Below are positions 1 to 9,233 of a DNA stretch of 64,000 nt, one piece after another. Location of the stretch: IMG/VR virus record IMGVR_UViG_3300044632_001218; one strand, written 5' to 3'. The DNA comes from a virus. The notes beneath the pieces were generated by a model that saw nothing but the letters and a program-made list of their open reading frames with translations, was not told the origin of the DNA and searched no databases. How positions within the stretch are numbered: the first letter of the stretch is position 1; each line of letters begins with the position of its first letter. The position numbers and the translations under genes were made by a program.

Positions 1-179
1 TGGCTGATAGGGCATATGAGTTTGGGTATAAAGTAAAAACACTGAAGAATATAAAAATTTGTTCTTTAATAGCAGATAAAGTAGCACAACATTTTTCTGG
101 GGACCAAGAAATATACCAAAAGAATTTAAGTTTACATAAACAAAAAGTATTGCCAGATTCACTTGAGTTTTTATTATAA
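1..179 (+). CDS. 3' end of an upstream gene (partial), probably part of the glycan cluster
   Basis: Frame from position 3 is open (ADRAYEFGYK...SLEFLL) to TAA at 177-179, which overlaps the next ATG. Confidence 0.6.
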   Translation, partial: ADRAYEFGYKVKTLKNIKICSLIADKVAQHFSGDQEIYQKNLSLHKQKVLPDSLEFLL

Positions 180-988
180 TGGAAAAGTATAAAATTAATT
201 TAGTAGGTGATTCCTTTACACATCTTACTGGTGGTAATAAAGGATATTCTGTGGCAGGAAAAGAATCTAAGTTTGTTCAATGGGTAAAAGATGATTCTCT
301 TCCTGAAACAGTTTATGTTGATGCTTGGATCAATCAAGCATTTACTGATAAAATTTCTGGAATTAAATATGCTTGGTTATTAGAGTCCAAGTGTGTAACA
401 CCAGACATTGTAGATGAGGTTAAATTCAATTATGAAGAATATTTTAAAGTATTCAAATATATTTTTACTCATAATAAAGAACTATTAAATCTTGATGATA
501 GATTTAAGTGGTGTCCTGCTAATGGTTTTTGGATTAAAGAACCAAAGATTTATGAGAAAAGTAAAATGATCTCCATGATCTCATCCAATAAAAATTTTAC
601 AGAAGGTCATTTAAAAAGGTTAGAGTGGTTATCGAGGATTAGTGATCAGGTAGATGTCTATGGTAGAGGATTTAATGAAATAGAATTCAAAGAAGAAGGT
701 CTATGTGATTATATGTTTTCTGTTGTAATTGAAAATGGATTTTATGAGTCGTACTTCACTGAGAAGATTCTTGATTGTTTCGCTACTGGTACTATTCCTG
801 TTTATTTGGGATCTCCAGACATTAAAAACTATTTTAATGAAGATGGAATAATTTTCTTAACTGATGAATTTGACGTATCTGAAGAAATATATTATAGTAA
901 AATGGATGCTATTAAAGATAATTTGAAAAGGATAGAAGAAATTGAAGTCCTTGAAGATTTTATCTACAAACAATATTTGGAGAAATAA
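179..988 (+). CDS. GT10-like (fucosyltransferase-type) glycosyltransferase
   Basis: YMFSVVIENGFYESYFTEKILDCFATGTIPVYLG resembles the GT10 motif (F.xENs...Y.TEK......PvY.G). Confidence 0.7.
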   Translation: MEKYKINLVGDSFTHLTGGNKGYSVAGKESKFVQWVKDDSLPETVYVDAWINQAFTDKISGIKYAWLLESKCVTPDIVDEVKFNYEEYFKVFKYIFTHNKELLNLDDRFKWCPANGFWIKEPKIYEKSKMISMISSNKNFTEGHLKRLEWLSRISDQVDVYGRGFNEIEFKEEGLCDYMFSVVIENGFYESYFTEKILDCFATGTIPVYLGSPDIKNYFNEDGIIFLTDEFDVSEEIYYSKMDAIKDNLKRIEEIEVLEDFIYKQYLEK

Positions 989-1618
989 ATGAGCACATTA
1001 GTTTATATTGGAACCAATGAAGGTGATGGACTAAAAGAATACATTAATCTGTATGATAGTGTTTATGCATTTGAACCTGATCCTGAAATTTTTAATATTT
1101 TGAAAAATAGGTTTGCAGATTGTGAACACGTAACTTTTATTAATGCAGCTTGCTCAGAAACAGAAGGTGTTAAAACACTTTATGTAACTGAAAATAGACA
1201 TTCAACTTCCCTATCAGAATTGTCTGAATTTTCTTTGACTAAAGGATTTTCTGGAGGTAAAGCATCATTTAAAACCTTTGATGTCAATACCATTAATCTT
1301 AATAATTTTCTTAGTGAAAATGGCATTGATCATATTGATACTTTGATTACTGATTGTCAAGGGAGTGACCTTTCAATTCTTACTACAATTAAATCTTTTA
1401 TTGATGATGGAAAAATTAGTGAGATCTTTTGCGAAACACATGCAAATTCTGTAGAACTTTATGAAGGTCTTTATAATCAGTATGATGGATTTAAGGAATT
1501 ACTTTCTCATAATTATGAAGTAAAAGATTTCTATCTTGATGGAAAACTTATGTCTAAAGATGGAGAACCTTTTGTTGAGTGGGATACTCATTGGATTTTG
1601 AAAAATGATATCATTTAA
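989..1618 (+). CDS. FkbM-family SAM-dependent methyltransferase
   Basis: VYIGTNEG...VYAFEPDP...INAAC...IDTLITDCQGSDLSIL matches the FkbM pattern. Confidence 0.75.
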   Translation: MSTLVYIGTNEGDGLKEYINLYDSVYAFEPDPEIFNILKNRFADCEHVTFINAACSETEGVKTLYVTENRHSTSLSELSEFSLTKGFSGGKASFKTFDVNTINLNNFLSENGIDHIDTLITDCQGSDLSILTTIKSFIDDGKISEIFCETHANSVELYEGLYNQYDGFKELLSHNYEVKDFYLDGKLMSKDGEPFVEWDTHWILKNDII

Positions 1619-2405
1619 TCAATTAGGAAATTTAGGACGACTTGGAAATCAAATGTTTCAGTATGCCTCTTTGAGAGGTATTGCTGCGAATAGGGGATTT
1701 GATTTTTGTATTCCACCAAAAAGTTATTTTGGTGTTGTTGACCCTAATGTAAAAAACTCTAATGTTGATATTCATAATACATTTAACATTTCTCATACAC
1801 AAACTGAAGTAACACATTATAAATCTGTTGAAGAATCTTTATATGGATTTGATGAAGAACTTTTCAACAACTGCGAAGATGAAATAGATTTGGTTGGATA
1901 CTTCCAGTCAGAGAAATACTTTAAACACATTGAAGAAGACATTAGAAAGGACTTTACATTTTCAAAAGAACTTGTAAAAAATTGTTCTGATTTTATTGAT
2001 GAGATTGATTCTAATAGAGAAGTTATTTCATTGCATATCAGACGTGGTGATTACTTAAGTTTGCAATCATTTCATCCTACGCCACCAATAGAGTATTATG
2101 AGGAAGCATTAAAACAACTTCCAAATTCTCCAGTTCTTATTTTTTCAGATGACCCTGAATGGTGTTTAAACCAACCTTTGTTTGAGTCTGATAGATTTTT
2201 AATTTCCGAATTAAATACTGCTGACTTTGATATGTGTATAATGACCATGTGTAAATATCACATTATGGCTAACTCATCATTCTCTTGGTGGGCATCTTGG
2301 TTATCTAAAAGTGAAAATGTTATTGCTCCAAAGGTTTGGTTTGGACCTTCATTGTCCCATAAAGATACTTCTGATTTATATTGTGATGGGTGGATAAAAC
2401 TATGA
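1605..2405 (+). CDS. GT11 alpha-1,2-fucosyltransferase-like protein
   Basis: GRLGNQMFQYA, GYFQSEKYF, SLHIRRGDY and NSSFSWWASWL are GT11 hallmarks. Confidence 0.9.
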   Translation: MISFNQLGNLGRLGNQMFQYASLRGIAANRGFDFCIPPKSYFGVVDPNVKNSNVDIHNTFNISHTQTEVTHYKSVEESLYGFDEELFNNCEDEIDLVGYFQSEKYFKHIEEDIRKDFTFSKELVKNCSDFIDEIDSNREVISLHIRRGDYLSLQSFHPTPPIEYYEEALKQLPNSPVLIFSDDPEWCLNQPLFESDRFLISELNTADFDMCIMTMCKYHIMANSSFSWWASWLSKSENVIAPKVWFGPSLSHKDTSDLYCDGWIKL

Positions 2406-3052
2406 GAACTTTGAATGATTATTTTGACAAGATTTATTGTATTAATCTTGATGATAGAAAAGATAGAATGGTAGATACTGTAAAGCAATTCCATAAACAT
2501 AACCTTTGGGTGGAGAGAGTTCCTGGAATTAAAGGTTCAGATATGAACCTTGATTTTCCTCCAGAAATTAAAGAAGGTGCAGTTGGATGTGCACTGTCTC
2601 AATTGTTTACACTTAAGTTAGCAAAGCAAGTTAATGCGAAAAAGTTTTTACTCCTTGAGGATGATATTGAATTTGATGAAGATTTAAATAGCAAGTTCAA
2701 TAAGTATTATGCTGAAGTTCCAAATGATTGGGATATGTTGTATCTTGGTGGGCAGCATTTTCATGGAATGAATCTTACCCAAGTATCTGAACATATTTAC
2801 AGATGTGAATATACTTTGGCAGCACATTCTGTTGCTTTTAAGTATACAGTTTATGATAGGTTTATTAATAAACTTGTAGATATTACCAAACCCTGTGATG
2901 TTCATTATGCAGAATCTCATAAAGAAATTAATGCATATGTTATTGTTCCTCACTTAACATGGCAAAGAGAAAGTTATTCTGATATTGAAAAATTTAATGT
3001 AGATTATTCTTTCCTGAAGGATCATAGATATCCACAGTGGGGCAAGCCATGA
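2402..3052 (+). CDS. GT25-family glycosyltransferase
   Basis: IYCINLDDRKDR, GAVGCALS, LLLEDD, WDMLYLG; start moved to ATG 2402 (ATGA overlap with GT11 stop). Confidence 0.8.
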   Translation: MRTLNDYFDKIYCINLDDRKDRMVDTVKQFHKHNLWVERVPGIKGSDMNLDFPPEIKEGAVGCALSQLFTLKLAKQVNAKKFLLLEDDIEFDEDLNSKFNKYYAEVPNDWDMLYLGGQHFHGMNLTQVSEHIYRCEYTLAAHSVAFKYTVYDRFINKLVDITKPCDVHYAESHKEINAYVIVPHLTWQRESYSDIEKFNVDYSFLKDHRYPQWGKP

Positions 3053-3783
3053 CTAAAGTATTATCATATTGTGTATATGGAGATGTTCCAAAATATACAT
3101 TGGGTGCTATTAGAAATGCAGAAACTAAAGATGATTATTTTCCAGATTGGGAAATGAGAATGTATCATGATGATTCTGTTCCTGTTGATATTTTGAAACA
3201 ACTTGAAAAATTAAATGTAAATTTAATTGATATAACTAAAGAAATATCAGGCATTTATTATCCAACAAAAGATGAATCAAAAACATATGGTATGTTTTGG
3301 AGATTTGTTCCTGCTGGAGATGACACTGTAGATTATTTTGTCTCAAGAGACACTGATTCAAGATTTTCTGAACGAGAAGTTTTAGCAGTTAATGAATGGA
3401 TAGATTCTGAACAACCATTTCATATTATTAGGGAACATCCGTGGGGTCATACTTGGGTAATCAACGGTGGTATGTGGGGTTGTGAGGGGGGATTTATAGA
3501 AAACATAGACCAATCAATCAAGGACTATTTGCAGACAAGTAAATGGGCACATGAGCAAGCTGCAGATCAATGGTTTCTCAAAGAGTGTATATATCCTGTT
3601 GTAAAGGATTATGCGTTTATTACAGATGAGTTTATAAATTATGAAGGAAGATCTGTATCTATTAAAAGAGATAGAGCATTGGATGATTTTGCTTTTATTG
3701 GAGAACCATTTGATGAAAATGAAATCTACGATCAAAGTCATAGAGATTTAATACAACAATACTATAATCAACTTAAAAGATGA
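3049..3783 (+). CDS. Conserved hypothetical protein, possible glycosyltransferase-like fold
   Basis: VLSYCVYG..KY..GAIRNAE, MFWRF, VSRDTDSRFSERE..AVNEW, GGMWG, DQWFL; ATGA-coupled within the cluster. Confidence 0.6.
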   Translation: MTKVLSYCVYGDVPKYTLGAIRNAETKDDYFPDWEMRMYHDDSVPVDILKQLEKLNVNLIDITKEISGIYYPTKDESKTYGMFWRFVPAGDDTVDYFVSRDTDSRFSEREVLAVNEWIDSEQPFHIIREHPWGHTWVINGGMWGCEGGFIENIDQSIKDYLQTSKWAHEQAADQWFLKECIYPVVKDYAFITDEFINYEGRSVSIKRDRALDDFAFIGEPFDENEIYDQSHRDLIQQYYNQLKR

Positions 3784-4658
3784 AAAGTTTAGTTACTGGG
3801 GGTGCTGGTTTTATTGGTTCCAATCTTGTCAACAGGTTGGTTGAAATAGGACATGATGTTATTGTTTTGGATAGAGTGTATCCAAAAGTAAAAAATAAAA
3901 ATGCACAATACTATCTTCAAGATTTGTCAGAAAGATATACAAAGTATCTTCACTTATTTGAAGGTGTAGACAATGTATTTCATTTAGCTTCAGAGGTTTC
4001 TATTCCATATTGTGTGGAGAAGCCAAATGAAAGTATGTCTAATAATGTATTATCTACTATGAACTCTTTGGAGTGTTCAAGAATTCATAATATTAAGAAG
4101 TTTATATTTTCCTCAACTTCTGCTGTTTATGGAAATACCTTGTTTATTCCAAGCATAGAGACAAACCAAGTTCATTGTATGAATACATATTCAATATCAA
4201 AGTATACTGGTGAACAACTTTGTAAAATGTATTATGAGTTGTATGGTATCAAAACAATAATCTTTAGATACTTTAATGTTTATGGTGAAGGTAATCCCAA
4301 AACAGGTCAATATGCTCCAGTAATGTCCATCTTTGAAAATCAAAAACGCAATAGTGAACCATTAACTATTATTGGAGATGGGTATCAGACAAGAGACTTC
4401 GTTCATGTGTCTGATGTAGTTTTGGCAAACATCCTTGCTTCACAAAGAGAGCTAAAAAATTATGGTGAAGTTTATAATGTAGGCACTGGAAAAGGTATAG
4501 AAATCAAAGAAATAGCAGACCTTATTTCACATTATCAAATGAGTATTCCAGAACGTCCTGGAGAGGTATTGCATTCTAGAGCATCTATTGATAAAATTAA
4601 GAATGATTTGGGGTGGAATTACAGTATAAATGTTTTGGACTGGATTAAAAATAAATGA
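3780..4658 (+). CDS. NAD-dependent nucleotide-sugar epimerase/dehydratase (SDR)
   Basis: TGGAGFIGS, SSTSAVYG, YSISK (YxxxK), RYFNVYG, RDFVHVSDV. Confidence 0.92.
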   Translation: MKSLVTGGAGFIGSNLVNRLVEIGHDVIVLDRVYPKVKNKNAQYYLQDLSERYTKYLHLFEGVDNVFHLASEVSIPYCVEKPNESMSNNVLSTMNSLECSRIHNIKKFIFSSTSAVYGNTLFIPSIETNQVHCMNTYSISKYTGEQLCKMYYELYGIKTIIFRYFNVYGEGNPKTGQYAPVMSIFENQKRNSEPLTIIGDGYQTRDFVHVSDVVLANILASQRELKNYGEVYNVGTGKGIEIKEIADLISHYQMSIPERPGEVLHSRASIDKIKNDLGWNYSINVLDWIKNK

Positions 4659-5437
4659 CTGATACATCTACAGTGAGAAAAAAACTTAAAGGGATGGGTC
4701 CAATTCTTTGGATTAATCTTGATACTGAAACTAACAGACAAGAACATATGACAAGTTTGTTAGATTTCTATGAGATTCCTCATACAAGGATTTCTGCCAT
4801 TGATGCTAGGGGTGATAATGATGTTAGCGATCTTTTGGTAGGAAGATACCCAGAAATGATTACTCAAGGTGAACTTGGTTGTACAATGTCGCACCTAAAA
4901 GCAATTAAATATTTTTATGAAGAAACAGATTTAGATTACATTATTATATGTGAAGATGATATTGTGTTTGATACAGTCCCTTATTGGCCTTTCACTTGGA
5001 GTGGATTTATTTCTCATGCTCCATATGATTGGGATGTATTACAATGTGCAATTACCAGCACTAAAAATTTGAGAGCAAATCTTCATCCAAGATTAATTAA
5101 TGATTTTTGTGCAGCATTTTATATAATTACAAGACATCATGCAGCAAAGATTCTGAAGTTGCACGTAAGGGGTGATAAGTTTAGGTTGGACCAAAAATTG
5201 AAACCAAGAGCAACATCTGAAGAAATTATCTACAATACAGGCAGAACATATTCAATGCCTTTGTTTACTTATAGATATGACTTTGACTCTGGTATTCATC
5301 AAGACCATATTGAAATTTTCCATAAAAATAATGTAGAGGGAGTTTTAAACTTTTGGAAAAGTAGATCTCCAGAAATGGGAACACAACAATTATTAGATTA
5401 TGATTACTATGGTTTTTGGGAACCTTTGGTGGGTTGA
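4655..5437 (+). CDS. GT25-family glycosyltransferase (second copy)
   Basis: WINLD...RQEHM, GELGCTMSH, IICEDD, WDVLQ. Confidence 0.75.
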   Translation: MTDTSTVRKKLKGMGPILWINLDTETNRQEHMTSLLDFYEIPHTRISAIDARGDNDVSDLLVGRYPEMITQGELGCTMSHLKAIKYFYEETDLDYIIICEDDIVFDTVPYWPFTWSGFISHAPYDWDVLQCAITSTKNLRANLHPRLINDFCAAFYIITRHHAAKILKLHVRGDKFRLDQKLKPRATSEEIIYNTGRTYSMPLFTYRYDFDSGIHQDHIEIFHKNNVEGVLNFWKSRSPEMGTQQLLDYDYYGFWEPLVG

Positions 5438-5467
5438 CAAAATAAAATTTTTAGGATAATATAAATA
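5434..5467 (+). promoter_or_regulatory. Sigma70-like promoter plus T4 late promoter upstream of the porin
   Basis: TTGACA (5434-5439), 17 nt, TAATAT (5457-5462); TATAAATA at 5460-5467. Confidence 0.6.
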
Positions 5468-5474
5468 CGTACTT

Positions 5475-5495
5475 GAAATCTAATAGTTAGATTTC
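5475..5495. repeat. Perfect 9-3-9 inverted repeat in the porin leader
   Basis: GAAATCTAA-TAG-TTAGATTTC. Confidence 0.8.
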
Positions 5496-5530
5496 TTAAC
5501 AATTGTAGTTTAGTACTAAAAAAAATTTTT

Positions 5531-7012
5531 ATGAATTTTCTCAAACAACTAATGCTCGTGCCTGTTGCACTGGGTCTTGTTGCTCCTGCTGTGAATGCTG
5601 CAGAACTCAATAATGAGGATGTCAACAAGTATGCCTCAGTACAACAAGTTACCAGCATTACACAATTCTCTGATATCCAACCCACTGATTGGGCTTATCA
5701 GGCACTTGGCAATCTTGTAGAACGTTATGGTTGTGTGGCAGGTTATCCTAATGGCACCTTTGTTGGTCGTCAGGCAATGACTCGCTTTGAAGCAGCTGCC
5801 CTTCTCAATGCTTGCTTGGATCGTGTAACTGAAACTACTGATGAACTCAAAAAACTCCTTGCTGAGTTTGATGCAGAACTCACAGTGATTACTTCTCGTG
5901 TAGATGGTCTTGAAAGTAAAGTTGGGCAACTTCAAGCAACCCAATTTTCTACTACAACCAAACTTAAGGGTGAAGCTAGCTTTGTTCTTGGTGGAGTTCC
6001 TGGTTTAAAAACAAATGATGGTGGAAACGTTGGCAACACCGCATTTAACTATGACCTTCGTCTGAACTTTGATACTTCATTCACAGGTAAGGATTTGCTT
6101 CGTACTCGTATTCGTTCTGGTAACTTCAGCAGTGATCCTTTTGGTTCAAGTTCTTCTCTGTTCAAACTGGACAAGGCAGAAACTTATGAGAACCAAGCAG
6201 TCATTGATCGTCTTTACTATCAGTTCCCAGTTACTAACAGTGTAACTCTGACTGCTGGTCCTCTGGTTCGTAACACAGAGATGGCTTGGATTCCTTCTGC
6301 TTATAAGTCAGATATCCTTGACTTCTTCCAACTTGGTGGTGCCTCTGGTGTCTATAACAAGGCAACTGGTGCTGGTTTTGGTGCTCAGTGGAAACAACCT
6401 ACTCAAAAAGGTAAAGGTGGATTTCTTGTTAACCTGAACTATGTTGCTCAAAATGGCGACAATAGTGATACTGGTGTGTTCAATGCAGATGGTGCTCTGA
6501 ACTTTATGGGTCAAGTAGGTTATCGTGCTCCTCAGTGGGGTGCTGCTGTAGCTTACAGGTATGGTACTGAAGGTTCTCGTGTTCGTACCTTCAACTCTCT
6601 TGGTGGTGGTTCTGCTGCCCTTGTGTCTGGTCAATCCAGCAACAGCATTGCTTTAAATGCTTACTGGCAACCACAAGATTCAGGTATTGTTCCCTCAGTT
6701 TCTGTGGGTTATGGATACAATGAAATTGATGGTACTGGTTCTAAAAAGGGTGCTACCAATTCTGATTCCTGGTTCGTTGGGCTTCAGTGGTCTGATGTGT
6801 TTGCTAAGGGTAATTCTGCTGGAGTTGCTTTTGGTCAACCTGGAAATTCTGAGAACATTAGTGATGATGCTCAAATGCTTGAAATTTTCTACAAGTATAG
6901 AGTGTCTGATAACATCAGCATCACTCCTGCTCTCTTCTACATCAGCAACAACCAAAGATTCCAAAATGAATCTGCTTGGGGTGGCGTAGTCCAGACAACC
7001 TTCAAGTTCTGA
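5531..7012 (+). CDS. Cyanobacterial outer-membrane porin (Som/OprB type) with SLH domain
   Basis: Signal peptide; FSDIQPTDWAYQALGNLVERYGCVAGYPNGTF.G..AMTRFEAAALLNACL (SLH); TQFSTTTKLKGE; C-terminal QTTFKF with terminal Phe. Confidence 0.92.
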   Translation: MNFLKQLMLVPVALGLVAPAVNAAELNNEDVNKYASVQQVTSITQFSDIQPTDWAYQALGNLVERYGCVAGYPNGTFVGRQAMTRFEAAALLNACLDRVTETTDELKKLLAEFDAELTVITSRVDGLESKVGQLQATQFSTTTKLKGEASFVLGGVPGLKTNDGGNVGNTAFNYDLRLNFDTSFTGKDLLRTRIRSGNFSSDPFGSSSSLFKLDKAETYENQAVIDRLYYQFPVTNSVTLTAGPLVRNTEMAWIPSAYKSDILDFFQLGGASGVYNKATGAGFGAQWKQPTQKGKGGFLVNLNYVAQNGDNSDTGVFNADGALNFMGQVGYRAPQWGAAVAYRYGTEGSRVRTFNSLGGGSAALVSGQSSNSIALNAYWQPQDSGIVPSVSVGYGYNEIDGTGSKKGATNSDSWFVGLQWSDVFAKGNSAGVAFGQPGNSENISDDAQMLEIFYKYRVSDNISITPALFYISNNQRFQNESAWGGVVQTTFKF

Positions 7013-7033
7013 TAATCACTCCCAAAATGAGTG

Positions 7034-7061
7034 AAAGCACCCCCCAAAGGGGTGCTTTTTT
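7034..7061 (+). terminator. Rho-independent terminator after the porin
   Basis: AAAGCACCCC-CCAAA-GGGGTGCTTT followed by Ts. Confidence 0.85.
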
Positions 7062-7080
7062 CTTAACCAAATCTTAGTTG
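7062..7080 (+). promoter_or_regulatory. Cyanobacterial-type Pho box upstream of pstS
   Basis: CTTAACCA-AAT-CTTAGTTG, direct repeats with an 11-nt period, close to the YTTAAYYW-N3 consensus. Confidence 0.7.
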
Positions 7081-7128
7081 ATTTTATATTTTCTTCAAAT
7101 AGAATTATCTTGTAGTTATTCACTTTTT

Positions 7129-8094
7129 ATGAAACTCAAACATTTTATTGCTATTAGTCTTGCTCTTGCACCTACTGCTGCATTTGCTGGAGTTGACCGT
7201 ATCGCTGTTGCTGGTGCTACTTTCCCAGCAACTATCTATCAACGCTGGTTTGCTGCTCTTGCCAAGTCTGGTGGACCAAAAGTAAACTATCAGTCAGTTG
7301 GTTCTGGTGCTGGTCGTAAGGCATTTATTGACCAGACAGTAACCTTCGCAGCAACTGATGATCCTATCTCTGATAAGGACAGAGCAAAGGTTTCTCGTGG
7401 TGTAGTTCAAATTCCTACCGTTGGTGGAACGATTGCTATTGCCTACAACAATCCTGCTTGTAAACTGAAACTCACCCAGAAGCAAGTAGTATCTGTCTTT
7501 ATGGGTTCTATTAACAACTGGAAGGAACTTGGATGCCCTGCTGGTAAGATTTCTGTGGCACACCGTTCTGATGGTTCTGGAACCACTGCTGCCTTTACTG
7601 AATCACTTCAATCTTTCTCCAAAGAATGGACTCTTGGTGTTGGTAAGTCTGTAAATTGGAAAGTTGGTGTTGGTGGTAAAGGTAATGAAGGCGTTGCCGG
7701 TGTTCTCCAAACTACTCCTGGTTCAATTGGTTATCTTAATCAATCTTTTGTGAAGGGTAATCTGAAAGCAGCGGCAGTTCAGAACAAGGTTGGTGAATTC
7801 GTTCTCCCCAATTATACTTCTGGCGCCAAAGCACTGAATGGTATTAAGTTGGATAAAAATCTTGCCGGACAAAATCCCAATCCTTCTGCCAGTGGTGCTT
7901 ATCCTATTGCCACTTTGACTTATGTTCTTGCCTATAAGACTGGTAATGGTCCTAAAGCAGCATCTATCAGACAGGCAATTAGTTATATGCTGAGCGATAA
8001 GGCACAGGCACTTGCTGATGATCTTGGATATGTTCCCCTTAAGGATGAAATCCAATCACGAGCACAGGCTGCTGTGAAACTTATTGGTGAATGA
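7129..8094 (+). CDS. pstS: Phosphate ABC transporter substrate-binding protein PstS
   Basis: AGATFPA.IYQRW, YQSVGSGAG, HRSDGSGTT, GYPIATLTY; signal peptide begins at ATG 7129. Confidence 0.95.
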   Translation: MKLKHFIAISLALAPTAAFAGVDRIAVAGATFPATIYQRWFAALAKSGGPKVNYQSVGSGAGRKAFIDQTVTFAATDDPISDKDRAKVSRGVVQIPTVGGTIAIAYNNPACKLKLTQKQVVSVFMGSINNWKELGCPAGKISVAHRSDGSGTTAAFTESLQSFSKEWTLGVGKSVNWKVGVGGKGNEGVAGVLQTTPGSIGYLNQSFVKGNLKAAAVQNKVGEFVLPNYTSGAKALNGIKLDKNLAGQNPNPSASGAYPIATLTYVLAYKTGNGPKAASIRQAISYMLSDKAQALADDLGYVPLKDEIQSRAQAAVKLIGE

Positions 8095-8136
8095 TAAGTC
8101 AGTAAATCCTGACATAATTAGGTATAAATGCTTACC

Positions 8137-8173
8137 AGAGGGGCTTGACCCCTCTTTCTTTTTGCTATATAAT
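8137..8173 (+). promoter_or_regulatory. Terminator hairpin overlapping a sigma70 promoter for hli
   Basis: AGAGGGG-CTTGA-CCCCTCT plus T-rich tail; TTGACC (8145-8150), 17 nt, TATAAT (8168-8173). Confidence 0.8.
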
Positions 8174-8200
8174 TCTGTAATAGTTCTTTACAAAACTCAA

Positions 8201-8410
8201 ATGACCGTAACAAAAAATGAATTTGGACAAATGAACATGTTCGCCAAAGAGCCTACAATGTGGATGTCAGAAGAAGACATTGAGCGTTATGGATTTGAGC
8301 CTTATGCTGAGAAAGCGGAGAAATCAAATGGACGTTGGGCTATGGTCGGTTTTGTTAGTGGGATCATTTCTTATACTCTCACTGGCAACTTCTTCTTCGG
8401 TATCTTCTGA
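8201..8410 (+). CDS. hli: High-light-inducible protein (HLIP)
   Basis: AEKSNGRWAMVGF chlorophyll-binding motif (ExxNGRxAMxG); start at MTVTKNEFGQMNMFAKEP. Confidence 0.9.
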   Translation: MTVTKNEFGQMNMFAKEPTMWMSEEDIERYGFEPYAEKAEKSNGRWAMVGFVSGIISYTLTGNFFFGIF

Positions 8411-8496
8411 TGACTGAAATTCTTTGGACGTTAACCACAGTTGCTTTTTTTGTGACTTTGGGTTATGCTGTAGAACAACTTGCTGAAACCTACTGA
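8410..8496 (+). CDS. 28-aa single-TM peptide (below ORF-track cutoff)
   Basis: [28 protein letters not shown]; TGATG coupling to hli; fills the gap before petF. Confidence 0.6.
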   Translation: MTEILWTLTTVAFFVTLGYAVEQLAETY

Positions 8497-8501
8497 TTTT
8501 T

Positions 8502-8795
8502 ATGGCAACTTACAAAGTAACACTTCAATCCCCTGATGGTACTGAGACAGTCATTGACTGCCCTGATGATCAATATATTCTCGAATCTGCTGATGAGGCA
8601 GGTGTAGATCTTCCTTCATCCTGCCGTGCTGGTGCTTGCTCTGCTTGTGCTGGTAAACTGATTAGTGGTACAGTAGATAATTCTGAGCAATCCTTTCTTG
8701 ATGATGAACAAATGGAAGAAGGTTGGATTCTCACTTGTGTGGCATATCCCACCAGTGACTGTGTAATTCTTACTGAACAGGAAGAAAACCTGTGA
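8502..8795 (+). CDS. petF: Plant-type [2Fe-2S] ferredoxin
   Basis: [16 protein letters not shown]...LTC. Confidence 0.96.
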   Translation: MATYKVTLQSPDGTETVIDCPDDQYILESADEAGVDLPSSCRAGACSACAGKLISGTVDNSEQSFLDDEQMEEGWILTCVAYPTSDCVILTEQEENL

Positions 8796-9004
8796 GTGCT
8801 AGTATGTTAGGGCAACTTGAACTTGCCCTTCAAGAACTCTCTGCTGCTGGGTGGAATCCAGACACACAATTGGAAGTCAAGATTGCAGGCACCCTAAAGA
8901 ATGACAAGTTTATTGCCATCAAACCTATCAAAGAAAAACTGGTTTGTAATCCAAACCCAGAACTTAAACAACATCACACTATTAAGGAGAAAAACAATGT
9001 TTAA
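8792..9004 (+). CDS. Hypothetical protein
   Basis: GTGA overlap with petF stop; 70-aa ORF between petF and hli. Confidence 0.6.
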   Translation: MSASMLGQLELALQELSAAGWNPDTQLEVKIAGTLKNDKFIAIKPIKEKLVCNPNPELKQHHTIKEKNNV

Positions 9005-9107
9005 CGAAAAGTCTGAGCGTATTAATGGTTGGTTTGCAATGATTGGTATCGTTGCTGCTATGGGAACTTATGCTTTTACTGGGCAAATCATTCCTGGCAT
9101 TTGGTGA
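8997..9107 (+). CDS. hli: High-light-inducible protein (short, 36 aa)
   Basis: [36 protein letters not shown]; SD AAGGAG upstream. Confidence 0.9.
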   Translation: MFNEKSERINGWFAMIGIVAAMGTYAFTGQIIPGIW

Positions 9108-9194
9108 CTGAAGGTAACAAAAAAAAGTTCTTGAGTATGTAAAAACACCTGTCAGGAAAACCTCATTAGTTTGAAATAATAAGCAATAATAATT

Positions 9195-9231
9195 AACTCT
9201 ATTTCTAAATATGGAAGTAGAGTTTTTTTTT
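9195..9231 (+). terminator. Hairpin with T-run, with TAAATA in the loop
   Basis: AACTCTATTTC...GAAGTAGAGTT then TTTTTTT. Confidence 0.55.
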
Positions 9232-9233
9232 AC

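Noticed and set aside
7078-7128. TTG-started N-terminal extension of PstS (similarly 8084-8200 for hli and 13063-13143)
   Set aside because: Extensions run through regulatory DNA or other small ORFs; signal peptide and family motifs begin at the downstream ATG
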